NCBI RefSeq assembly: GCF_016432865.1
Contig: NC_067400.1
Coordinates: 459,854,001 to 459,918,000, forward strand
DNA from: Antechinus flavipes
Lineage: Eukaryota
DNA: 64,000 nt
Direction: 5' to 3'
The notes under the pieces are model-generated. The model saw only the letters and a program-made list of their open reading frames with translations. It was not told the DNA's origin and searched no databases. Both the position numbers and the translations under genes were made by a program. Every line of letters starts with the position of its first letter. Position 1 is the stretch's first letter. Positions 1-12,262 of the stretch are shown piece by piece.

Positions 1-204
1 TGCTGCTTTCTTTTCTACCCTTACCCTGGAAGTCTCAAAGCAGAAGCAGGGTATGATGACTTGTTATATATGTTATAGTGGGGATGTCTTTCATGTATGA
101 AGCAAACCAGATGACTGCTAAGGGTCATCCCAACTCTCAAGTTCTGTGATTCTGTTATAACTAGTGAGGGTCAGAGAGGGAAAAGGAGTTTTGTTTTAGA
201 TGCT

Positions 205-409
205 GCTGTTGTCATTTTTTTAATGTCATGTCCAACACTCATGACCATTAAGGTTTTCTGGGCAGTGGCTTGCCGTTTCCTTCTCCAGCTCATTTTACAG
301 ATGAAGAAACTAAGGCAAAGAGGGTTACGTGACTTGCCCAGGATCACCTAGCTAGTAAGTGTGTACAGCCACATTTGAACTCGGGTCTTCAAGACTTAGC
401 TACTGTGCC
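205..409 (-). mobile_element. MAR1/CORE-type SINE with RTE-like tail
   Basis: CORE segment cattttacagatgaagaaactaaggca...gtgacttgcccaggatcac...tttgaactc in antisense, preceded by RTE-tail-like gtggcttgccgtttccttctccagctc. Confidence 0.75.
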
Positions 410-534
410 ATTTTGTTTTGTAGAACTTTGGAATCTGAAAAAATGAAGTAATATTTATAGTGGGCCCAGTCATCAAGATGATAGACATTCTCCAGTAGTA
501 GGAATAAAAACAATCCAAGATTGATTATGATTGT

Positions 535-715
535 CAAGGAGATTGGGGGGAAGGGGGAAGAGAGAGAAAAAGGGAGGGGGAAGGAGGGAGAAAAGGAAGG
601 AGAGGGGAAGAGAGAGAAGAAGGGAGGGAGAAGGAATTAACAGACAGAGAGGAGAGAGGGAGGGAGGAAGAGGAGGAAAAGAGGGAAGGAGAGAGACAGA
701 GAGAGTATATGTGTG
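535..715 (+). repeat. Polypurine (GA-rich) low-complexity tract
   Basis: Almost exclusively G/A; source of the spurious Arg/Glu/Gly ORF 531-716. Confidence 0.9.
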
Positions 716-2539
716 AGAATAAGAGAGGTTAGATAAAATGGGGGATAATGATCAAAGAGGGAGGATTCAGAGTTCAAGATCATGGAGGTGATATAAATTT
801 TTTAAAGACAATAAGATGGGATTATTGTGAAGTTCAATATGTGATTACTATTGTAGATATTGAAGTAGAGTGGAGATGAGTTCTTTGGAATTAAAAAGAT
901 CCCCAAGGGATGTCAGTAAAATTGAGGATGAGGTCCAAGCCTTCCTGAACAGCAAGTCTGTAAAATATATCCTGAACTCCTTGAGAAAGAGAGGGAATGG
1001 TTCAGCAAGAGTAAGATACACATGACAAGGCAGAGTGCACTTTAAAGTAGCAAGCTACAATGTATAATTGGGGTAGCCAGAGTTAGCTGTAAAAATTTCA
1101 GATCTAGCTAGAAATGGAGGCTGGTGGAAAATGAGTGGGCACTTGGCCTATAATTACTCTGGGCAATGAGGAACTTCTGAAATAGTTTAGAAGAAAGCTA
1201 CTTTATGAACTAGATTGGGGAGGGGGATTATTCCCTATCACTGTGGAAATAGCCCAGAAGCCAAGCTAGACAAGTGGCCTAAGAATGCTAAGGCAGTCAG
1301 AACACAAGATTTAATAAATGAAAGGAAATAATAGCCTGATGTAATGCAAAGTTTGGAAAGTTTAGAGTCTATGAGTGTGTGCAAGTGTGGACACAGACAT
1401 ACACATATACACACACACAAAGCTGGCATACAAACTAATGCATCTAAGTTAGATAAACTAATCACAGTGCCATGAAGGGTACTGTAGAAAGAGGGGTGGA
1501 AGGGAGTAGAGTAGTAATACAGGGAAGATCAGACAATCTTTTAATTTGATAGAGAAGGCCAGGTGGAACCATTAAATATAAAAGGAAGGAATTTAACAAT
1601 TTAATAGTCGAAAGAGTACACAGTTAATGGGAAACATTGGTTATAACATTAAGAATGTTTCATTTTGCTTCTTAAGATTGACCACAGGCATTTCCCTTCT
1701 ATCATAACAGCTCTGAATTCTTGAATTTTCTGCCAGCAACATGGAAATTTAATAAAAAAAATTTAAAACTTGAAGGAAAAAATTAGTACTCTTTCATACC
1801 ATCTCTTAAACCATGTAACTATTTTAAATGAATCCTTCTCCCAGCTAAAGAAAAGTAAATGTCAAACTTGAATACTTCATCTGGGTATCATAATTGAATT
1901 TTAGAAAAATAAACTTGTTAATCCTGAAGAAGAAATCTCTAAAAAGAATAATTTTAACAAAGACCTAGTCAAGCTATCATTGATAAAATAAGCCTGATAA
2001 TTCATAATGTACAATAATTATTAATGTTGAACATAACATTATATAATTAGAAAAGTATCTTGATTTGTTAAAATTAAGGTTTTTTTCCCAAGAAGAATTT
2101 GTATGAACCTTAACATTTGCAAAGCAGTCTCTACCACAGTCTCATAAAATCAATAGCTGAAGTATTATGCCCATTTTAGTTTAAAAAACAGATATTGAAT
2201 TGTTAGTTTTTTCTAGAAAAATAATGCCTGCGTTTGTATTTAAAAATTTGTCTCTAAACTTACTGCAGGAAACTTCAGAAAATGACGCTGTTGATTTGGG
2301 TACAGAATGTCTTGTGATACAGAAGGGCTTTTTGTTGAGGTCTTATTGGACTAGACTCCTGGTTCTTGTCATCTCCCAGATTCTGTTATTTCCCCACTCC
2401 CCTCCTCACATGCCCAAAACAAAGGGTACTGCTGCCTTTCATTCCATGGTTAAGAAATGAGACCTAATAAGCTCTTTAGAAAATTCTTTCAACAAGAGCA
2501 AGCACCTAGAAGCTTTGGTTTCAGGACCATGGACTCCAA

Positions 2540-3243
2540 AAAATATCAGGGATTAACGTAAGTCCTGGTTCATAAAATGAATTTCACCAGTACAAGGTGG
2601 GGGAAGTTTGGTTTGTAGGCTCATCTTTAAAAGACTGGGGATTTGAAAGGACTAAAAGCTCATTATGAGTCAATCCTGTAACGTGGCAGTCAAGAAAGCT
2701 TTTTTCAGAGAGACTTTGTGTCCAGGCTAGAGAAGTGATGGTATTGCTGTGGTACTGCTGTACTTTGCCTGGGTCAGATCTCATCTAGAGTACTGTGTTA
2801 GGTAGGGGTGACATTTTCCAGAGGACTTTGGTAATCACCATGAGGTTTTAAAGTTTCATATCAGATGAAAATTGGGAATGTTTAACCTTGGCTGGATGGG
2901 GGATGAGAGGAGAGAAACAGCAACAGCAACTAGATTTGCAGGGAATATGGTGGGGGTTTTTAGGTATTCAAAGGGCTACAGTGAATTAGGCTTCTTCTGT
3001 TTAGCCTCAGAGGATAGAATTAGAAGCAATGAATTGGAATTGGGAGAAAGGCTTGATTCGAGGGGAAAGTTGCTTTAGAGAAGTAATTAGTTGCACCAAA
3101 AGTAGCAGGCTTCCCCTCCCTAGAAGTCTTCAGGCAGATGCTGGATGATTACTCATTGGAGGAGTTGCAGAAAGGTTTCTTCTTTAGATATGGGCCAGAC
3201 TTGTTAGTCCCTGAGGCCACTTTCAACAAGATGCTATGATTGT
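2540..3243 (+). mobile_element. CR1/L3 LINE 3' fragment
   Basis: Degenerate CR1 RT C-terminal motifs (agagaagtgatggta..., gtcagatctcatctagagtactgtg = VRPHLEYC-like) and L3/MIR3-type tail ending ...ctgaggccactttcaac...atgatt. Confidence 0.75.
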
Positions 3244-3659
3244 AGGACTACTCCCACTTACTCCTTTTCAGAATTTCTTTAACAAGAAACAAATCCTTTT
3301 ATTCTGCAAGAGCTAAGAGGTGTGTATATATCTCTAAGGGGTAACCCTCACAACTCACAGTGAAGCATATATTATTAGTGTCCAGTCCTTTATCTTTCAT
3401 TAGATTTTAATAACAGAGTGGGCATCCTGCGGAGAACTGATAGGCACTGAAGACCAACTTTGTTTACTGTGATTGTCTTATTTCTCCCTCCAGAACATGA
3501 ACAGACACTTACCTTTTAAAGTGTTTTCTTTATTGGAAATCAGATTGTAATGTGTTCCTTTGCAGAGTTAGAGGCACCATATTGCTGACTATTCTAGGTA
3601 AAAAGCTGATAATGGGGTTTTGCTTGTTTCTGTATTGGCCAATAGAATTAGTTCTACCT

Positions 3660-3910
3660 TTGAACTTGACTCAAATGTCATCTTCTGTGTGAGATCTTTC
3701 CTGAAACACCCAGTTGCTAGTGATACCTTTTCTTTAATTTATCCTTTACTTATTTGTATAGACTTTTATATTTGCACATTGTCTTTTCCAATCAAATGTA
3801 AACTCTTTAAGGGTAGGGATCATAGCATTTTTGCTTTTACACCCTCCCCCCAGATTGGTATTGGTCATGGCACCCAGAAGGAATTTAATAATTATTTACT
3901 GATGAGGAGT
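3660..3910 (+). mobile_element. L2 LINE 3' end
   Basis: ctcaaatgtcatcttctgtg...tgtaaactctttaagggtagggat...tttaataattatttactga, typical L2 3' terminus. Confidence 0.7.
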
Positions 3911-5289
3911 TAAAAAAAAAAAAAGGCAACTTAGTTGTCTGAAAGGGAAAGAAATAAGCAGCTAGGTGGATTAGGGAGATAGGATGGGGGAGAAAAGGGA
4001 GGGGAGGCAGGCCTCTTGAAAAGGTAGCATTTAAACTGAACCTTAAGGGACACCAGGGAAACTGGAGGTGAGTTTAAGTATTAAAAGTCTACTGAATGTA
4101 ATAAGACCTGGGGAAGGAGGTATTGAGAGGCCAAAAATGAAAAGCTTTTCATCCCAATTTATAGGTTTTTTTCCTCATATAAGAAAATTAATATAGAAAT
4201 ATCTTCCTCCAGTGCAGATTTTCAAATCATCTGTAATTCATAATCTTAAATCCATCTGGTGAACTGAAAAGTGAAGTGATTTGCCCATAGCCACTCAGCT
4301 AATTTGTGAGAGAGGTAGGGCCTAAACTCCTGTCCTCCTCACTCCAAGTCTAGTCCTTGTGTCAGTGCAAATTATTATTATTGATTTTATTTTTATTATT
4401 ATCATTATATAGGAGAGACAGAGACCATAAAAGCTTCAGCAAAAAATATTGGCATATTACTCATATTATTAGTCTTATTTAAATTTTCTATACAACTTTT
4501 ATCCTTCAGAAAGAGATATTCTATAATTTCACTCCCTCATTCTCTTAATGCTTTCTTGAGAGACACCAATAATCTAATAGAAGAAATTGCTCTCTGACTA
4601 GGTGACAGCTCAACCTCATGCTATTTTGAATGTGGCATGTTATTTTGAATATTCAAGTTTCCTGTTAGTAGCCTATTTTAGCTTCACTATTCAAAACTGT
4701 GTCTGAGCTCCTCCTGGACTTAAATTTTCTTTATATTTTCATCACTTAAAACCTTTCAAGGTTAAGGTGCCACAATTTAGGACCTACAGCAATAAACTAG
4801 TTTTTACTTTTATTTGCTTTAAAATTCCTTTTGTCCAATTTCAAAGGGGACCCAATATTTTCTTATTCCTGGATTGAGGAGTCCATTTTGACCATCAATA
4901 TTTAAGGGAGAAAACAGGAATAAGAGAAGTTTCCTATAAGCACTCTGGAAATGTTTCTTTTTTTTTAATTACTGAAAAATAGAAAGAGACATTGAATAAC
5001 CCAATTGACTAGCTCTTTCAAGAAAATTAAATCTTCCAAATCACTTGTTGACATTTCTTTTTTAAAATATATTTCACTTTATATATACTGTTCTTCAGTA
5101 AACAAGTATGATGTATTCTCAATAATATATTCCTGTTTCATAACTTTTAAGTGACTTATCTTAAGAGGGAATAGATGAGCCTTTATTAAGGACCTACTAT
5201 ATTTACCATAGCAGACTAGCCTGATTTAGTCCCAGTGATGTTTTCCATAGCTCTTATTTCTCTGTCCAACCTGATATTTTTTCCCCTTC

Positions 5290-5690
5290 ACAATTTCTCT
5301 CAAATCCTTTATTGAATTAATCATTTAAATTCCATAATACTCATTTTCTATTGTTTTATCCTTATTCAGTTTTTATTTTGTTCATTCCTCAGTTTCTGTT
5401 GATGGTTATTCTTTCCATTTACAATATTAATAGTCATGTATATTATTTTCCTGTCTCTGTTTACTTCAGTTTCCATCAGTTTATATAAATCTTTTCATAA
5501 TTTTCTGTATTCATCATGTTTGCCATTTTGTAGAGGACAAAAATATCCCATTATATTCATGTGCAATGATTATTTAGCCATATTCCAGTAGATGTGTATC
5601 GACTTTGTTTACAATTCTTTGCTGCAACAAAAAAGTACTGTTATAAATATTTTGGTGTATATGGAACTTTTTTTTTTTTTTTGGTCAATG
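5290..5690 (-). mobile_element. Old L1 3' fragment (ORF2 end/3'UTR)
   Basis: ttacttcagtttccatcagt...cccattatattcatgtgcaatgattatttagcca...tttgctgcaacaaaaaagtactg resembles the antisense L1 ORF2 C-terminus and 3'UTR. Confidence 0.65.
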
Positions 5691-5884
5691 ACCTTGGAAA
5701 TATGTGACGGTACATAGTTCTTAAAGAAAACACTTAGTAGAGAAAAGATGAGAGAGCAGTGTAAGCAGGATTCACAGCATGAGTAGATTTATAGATGTGG
5801 AAACAAACAATATGTGGACAGAAAGTCAGGAAGGATGATAGAATTACAGACCTAGAGCTGGTCGGATCTTTAAAATCAGGTTAA

Positions 5885-6510
5885 AAAAGCATTTATTGAG
5901 CACATAACTAGAAGCTAGGCACTGTGCAAAGCAATGAGTACACAAGAAAGGTAAAAACAGTCTCTACCCTTGAGCTCACAGTCTAATGAGGAGACATGTA
6001 AACAACTATGGATGTGGAAGACACACAAATATAAAATACGCATGTAATGTAAATGGAAAGTAATCTCCAATAGATGATTCGGGTTGGGAAGATTTGGGGG
6101 TGGGATGGGAGTTAAGTTGGGGGTCAGAATGTGAGTCTGAACTGAGTCTCGAAGGAAGCCAGGCTTCAGAAATTAAAAGGGTGAGTATTCCATCTCTCAA
6201 GGTCTACCAGAGCCATCAAAGACCAAAAACCAGGAGAGAAACTGTCCCGTGTGAGAGGCACCCAGCGGCCCAGATAGCTGGACAGTGAGAGTCCTCCCAG
6301 TAGAAGAAGGCAGAAGAAAACAAGACAAATTTGAAAGGAATTAGAATGTCAAGCAGAGTATTTTATACTTGATTTTGGAAGTAATAGGGGACCCCTAAAA
6401 TCTATTCAGTGAGAGAGGTGACACGATTGAGGGAGGAAAACTGTCTCTGGAATGGAGGAAGCTGAATTAGAGCAGGGACACCAGTCATCTAGAGGTAGTG
6501 AAGTAGGTGT
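5885..6510 (-). mobile_element. L2 LINE 3' region
   Basis: aagcatttattgagcac...ctaggcactgtgc...gagctcacagtctaatgaggagac, antisense L2 3' end. Confidence 0.7.
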
Positions 6511-9500
6511 AGAGTGAGCCACTTCACTTTATGATAAGGAAACTATGTCCCAGAGAGATTCACCAACTTTACCAGTGTCACACAGGGAAGAGGTAGATCT
6601 GATCAAATCTCATGTACTGTGCACTTTACCAAGCTACTTAGAATGAACTTGCTGGCATACAGGAGTTAAAATGAGGAGTACGAAGGAATGAAGTTGATTA
6701 GATGTCAGGGGACTAGTTGATTGATCTTGAATTAAATGTCAGGAATTATCCAAAATTTGTGCTTCAAGGAAATTCAGTCACTGATCCATAGGGTGATAAT
6801 CTACAAATAATGTTCAATGAGAAGTTCTCTGATGTTCTAAAAACACATTCTGATATTTTTCCGAAAGAATAATTGTCTTGGCAATCTATCAGTATTGATC
6901 AAGCAAAAAACAAAACAATAAAAGACAAAGACTAATTAGCATTCTTATATGCTAGATAGTACATCACATGAGTGAAGTGACAGGTGGATTACAATTCAAA
7001 TTAAATAGATCATTTACTGCAATCAAAACAAATTATCCTTCTCAACAAGAAATTACTTCTCAGAGTAAGGATGTAGAAGACAACTGCTTAAAGACAATCT
7101 TTTTCCTAGGAGGACAGATATTTTCATTGTCTCTGCTACCTATTTAGTTCAAATTCAGCTATTTCCAATGTGGGAAAAAAAGGAAAAAAAAAAAAAACAA
7201 GCCTGAACTTTTAAAATGTGATGAAATAACCAGTACAATACAGGCATCCTGGCAGTAAGTTACTTTTTCTCCACCCAAAAGGAGAGTATTTATTGTTATA
7301 AATTCTGTACCCAGAAATGGGAAATGTGATCGTATCCACCCTGAGTGGCCCAGAGGTTTTTGAGCTGAAGAGGATTCCTTCCAGCAGCAGGAATCAAAAC
7401 TTTTCAAAAGGAATATGCCGTCTTTGTGGTTTGGGTATTAAATTAAATGTTGTTCTTTTTTACTGGATCCTCAGTGAAATGGACTTAAAAGATAAATGAA
7501 AGTTACCCTTTAAAGTCTCACCCCAATCCCACTTTCACATATAATTCAACATGAAAGGCATTCTCTATAGAAGCAGCCAAATATTAAGTTAATAGGGGCT
7601 TGAGCAAACAGTTTTTAGGTCCAAGGTTAAGGGTATTTATCGCTGGAGGCATTGCATGTATTCAAATCCAGGAAGAATGAAATCTAGTACAATGACACTT
7701 GTTTGTAAAGTGATGATAATTTACCTTCTTCCTTCTTTCCTTTTGTTTTTTCATTCTCTAATTTTTTCCCTTCTCTTTCTCCTTTAGTTGAATTTATAAA
7801 GGTTTTTGCCACGGATTGCAAGCAAAGCTATGTAATGTGTTAATACACAAAAGATCTGTTGATTTCCTTGTACAGACTTCAGAGAAATGTTCTTGTGCTC
7901 TACCTTTGGCATAATATACAGAAAATTCCTCATTGGTATGTCCAATGCAATAAACAGACCTCCTGCAAACAGCCATACCTTGCTGAAGCCATTCATGGAG
8001 GTTATTTTTACTTTTTGTGTAAAAATTAAGTGTCCCAGAATGATTTCAGATTCTGGTTTGTAGATGAGACTTGGATTGTATTGGGAAGTAACAGGAATTA
8101 TAACTGGCTTAGCTCTGCCCTGGAGTTTTATAAGTTATACTGAGTACATAGAATCAAACTGATATAGGTTCCCCCAGAAGGCAGTGGGATCCGATATCTT
8201 TGAGCTGATAGAGCAACCTAATAAATTTGAATTGCTTCAGAAGCTAATGGGTTCTCCTCCCCTGAAGGTCTAAAGCATTGGTTGGGATTTCCTATTCAAT
8301 TACAGGTTGAACAAGATGGCTTCTGAGGTCCCATTGAACTCTAAGGTGGTTCTGTGGATGATCCAAAGAAGCGTGGGCCAGAATTCTACCTCTGGTTGCT
8401 CAGTTAGAGGTGTATTTATTTACCAGTCTCCACTGCTAGCCTTGACTTTTCCTACCAGAGCTACACAAGCCTCCTCCTGGAAGGACTTCAGGAGTAGTTA
8501 CAGGAAGGGAAGAAGAAAGAACTATCGAATGGGGCAAAGAGAAACAAGAGCTGTGGAGGACATCGCCTGAGTTAAATTATGCTCATTAATTCAATTTGTG
8601 GGAGGAATGTGTGTAAATAAACCCCGGCAGCTGCAGCAGCTCTGATTTCTGCAGGGCTTTGGCAGGAATGCAGGGGCCAATGGACAAGAAAACCTGGCTC
8701 TCTTTGAGAAATATCAGGCAAGACAGTTCTGCAGCCAGGAGAGGAAACAATAATGAACATATTTACTGAAAAGATGTAGTTATCATTTTAAGAAGACTGA
8801 AAAAGAGCTGCTAAGTGCCAAACCAAGGGAAACTGGAGGCTCCTTTTCATAGGCGAGATCTTAATCATTGGAAAGCATTGGGCTTACCTGATTTCCTTGG
8901 GTATTTTTACAAATACAGCTCAAGTTCGGAAAGGGGATGGGGTGGGGGAGTTGCCAGAGGCTTAAAATGAATATGTCAGCATCTTTGTATTCCACAGACC
9001 GTCAGCATTTCCATAATAAATTTCAGCTCACTGGGTTCATAACTTGATTGTATTCATTTATCGTCTTTGGAATTTGGACTTTTGGAAAGGTTGAGTTGGA
9101 TAAGTTCAGGGCAATTCATTTCATTCCAAGTATGAGAGTCTCATGTCTAGTTAAGATCACACTTACCTGTTTATTGTTAGTCTGGCAGTCATATGTAGTA
9201 ATTATTTAGGAGCAAGGACATGATTTTGCCTAATTTCAGGAGGACTTCTGTTGGAAAAAAGTGATAGTTCTGTTTAGGTTGAGAGGCAATTATGACCTGG
9301 CAGTAAAACAATAAAGAAGCTGATGCATTGATTTGTAAAGAGCACTAATCTGAGGACCGGATGACCTGAGCTCTGGTCATCTTTGTTATAGACTTGCTGA
9401 TGGCCACGGCAAGCCATTCCCATCTCTGGCCTTCAGCTTTTTTTCATAAAATCATCGGATGAGAGAATCTCTGATGTCCAATGTAGTTGTGTAAGTAAGT

Positions 9501-11269
9501 CTCTGAGAAGGTAATTAATTATTAATTAATATTAATAATTTAATATTAATTAAAAGTTAATATTAAAAAATTAACTTTTCTTTATCTGTTAAGTGAGTGT
9601 AATAAAATTTTTGAGAACTGAGAGACTTAATTTAACTTTAAGAAGGGCCATTAGATCAACAGTAAAATTCATAACAAACTTGAAGTTTTACAAGAGCAAT
9701 TTGAGATCTTCCATACCAGGGTGGAAAGAAAACAACTTTTGAAGTCAGAAAGTCTGTATTTGAGTCCTAGCCGGGCCTCTTATTATATGACCTCGGGCAA
9801 ATCACTTAACCTTCAAAGGCCTCAGTTTCCTTTTCAATAAATTGAGAGAGTTGGCCTAGGTGGTCTTTGAAGATTTTTTTCTAGTTCTAAAATTCTGTTA
9901 CTGTGGGAAAATGAAATTCGATCCTCCAATATAATGTTTATAGTATATTTTTTAAAACCCAAGTATTATTGTTTGAAAATATAATAGGGATGTATGGTGC
10001 TTTTATTCATCTATGAACAAAAAAACCACTATAGTTTTCAAATGCTATTATTAGTTCACAATAGGTAATACACATTTTAATATTTGCAGGAAAATTTTTA
10101 AAAACCTTTTAATTGGTACATTCTTATTATGTTGAATTCGAATGAGTCACATATCGGAGAGTTCTACAGACATCCATTTTTATTATAATCAACAAATCTT
10201 AATGTGGTTGTACTGTAAATCAGTCAATGAGGAAAATATTTGGAGATGCAAGAAGGGCTAAAGCATGATTCCTGAACCTGTAGGGCTTACAGTCTTTGCT
10301 ATATCTAATTGACTAGTATGGAGAAGAATACGGCCCACTACCTTGGAATTAAGAGGAACAGGTTTAATCAAGGGATCTGCTTGGCCCAAAGAGAGTTTTG
10401 ATGTTGGCTTACTGGTTTTGCTTGTGTTGCTATGGTTTCACTAGCAAAGTCAAATAGTCAGCTCCCAAAGACAGCTGTTAGTACAGTGCAGAATGTTATG
10501 AAACCATTTCACATAGAACCAACAGTGATACTTGAACAAACTGTATTTCATGTCAAATAAGTTTAGGTTTGTTCTTTATTAGTGCATTTTTATGCACTAT
10601 TTACCAGGGAGAGCCATCTTAGAGAATGCTGGTAAAGCCTTAGAGAACACTTGATAAGAAGAACAACCTAGAGAAATTGTTAAAACCTAAGGGAAACCCT
10701 CAAACTTCTTGGGTTAAATCTACAGTATTAGGGTTTAACTACATGACCTCACAGATTATTTTATACTCTAAGATTCTATGACATCATTCAGAAATGAGAG
10801 ACAACCCTGTTCCATCAATTTTAAGGAATTATGTTAGAGAACTAGAAACCAGGTGGTTTTAACCTAAGTAATATTGGATTTTCTTTGACAGAAAAAAATC
10901 TTGCTAGGAAAAAAATTGGCTGCTAAGACTGCAGGGGATGGTACATAGGTAACGATAGCTATAATTTAGTCAGGACAGAGGGTCCACTTTTTGTATAACT
11001 CTTTCACTTTTAGATTGTCGTTCTAAAACTGATACTGACATGAAGTCATTTGCCTATATTTCAAAACTTTAAAAAAAAAAAGACATGAATGAAAAGTTCT
11101 TTTGCTAATGAAATAAAATGCTCAGAAATGAATGTTTTTTTCTGCTATTAAACTATAAGCTACTTGAGGCCAAAGATTGTTTCTTCCATTTTTGTTTCCT
11201 TGAAGGCTAGAAAAGTGTATGGTATTATGGTTAGCCAGAAAGGAAGGCAGCTGCATCCTCATCACCATA

Positions 11270-11480
11270 TAACTAGCAATTACAGAATACCTTAAGGTTT
11301 GCAGAGCTCTTCAGCTCACTTGATCCTCACAACCACCATGTAAGATAGCTGCTCTTATTTTCCAGATTAGGAAAGTGAGATTTCAAAAGGTCAAGGTCTC
11401 ACAGCTATTAAGGTATGAGGCAAGATTTGAACTCCCGTGTTCCTGACTCCACGTCTCACATTCTATCCATTATAGTAGCT
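11270..11480 (-). mobile_element. MIR SINE
   Basis: tgatcctcacaaccaccatgtaag...gcaagatttgaactccc...cctgactcca, antisense MIR core. Confidence 0.7.
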
Positions 11481-11694
11481 ATCCTCCTCTGGAGAGCATT
11501 TAATAAAGGTTTAAACTGAACTGAATTTCTCAATAAAGGATTGAAGCACAGATAGATCAGTTAGTGGCCCAAGAAAGGATGCTTATTTAGCATAACGATG
11601 CCATTGGCATCAGATAAAGAAATCAGAGTCAGAAAGGCCTGGGCCCATGTCCAGTGCTTGACCCTATTGCACAATGACCCTGAGCAAGTCCCTT

Positions 11695-12262
11695 GTCACC
11701 TTTCACCTGGACTATTGCAATGATTTCCTCCTCTTTCACCCTGCTTCTATCCTTTCCCTTATCCAATCTGCCTTCCATGCAACTGCCGGCGTGGTCTTCC
11801 TGAAGTTCAGATCTGACCATGTCACTCCCTTATTCAGTAAAATCCAAAAGACCTCCTCTTCCCTGCAGAATCAAATATACATTCTGATTTGTCATTTAAA
11901 GAGCTGCAAGATCTGACTCTAACTCACCCTAACTCACCTTATCTCACATTACTCCCCTGCATGGATGCCATAATCCGACCAGATAGGCCTTCTTATTGTT
12001 CCACACAAGACAATTGTCTCTCCTCCCCTTGCCTTTGTGCCTGCTGGCTTCAGCCCTGGCAGAACCCCGAGTGCCCCCAGACTCAGCAAGAGCCACTTCT
12101 ACCTGGAGCCATTCTTAGTGCTCCCAGCTCCCTTCCCCCAGTTATCTTGTATCCGTTTGCATGTGTGTGCCTAGGTGCATACCCATCTCTCCTCACTAGA
12201 TTACCAGCTCCTCGGGGGCAGCGGGCTGCCAAGTGTATAAGAAATGTATTTGATTGAGTGAT
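11695..12262 (+). mobile_element. L2 LINE 3' region
   Basis: cacctggactattgcaat...gatctgaccatgtcactccc...tagattaccagctcc...gaaatgtatttgattgagtga. Confidence 0.8.

Noticed and set aside
531-716. Arg/Gly/Glu-rich ORF
   Set aside because: Translation of a polypurine low-complexity tract
7784-7996. Protein-like minus-strand ORFs and a strong plus-strand acceptor at ~7787
   Set aside because: No recognisable homology; the plus-strand unit has stops in all frames
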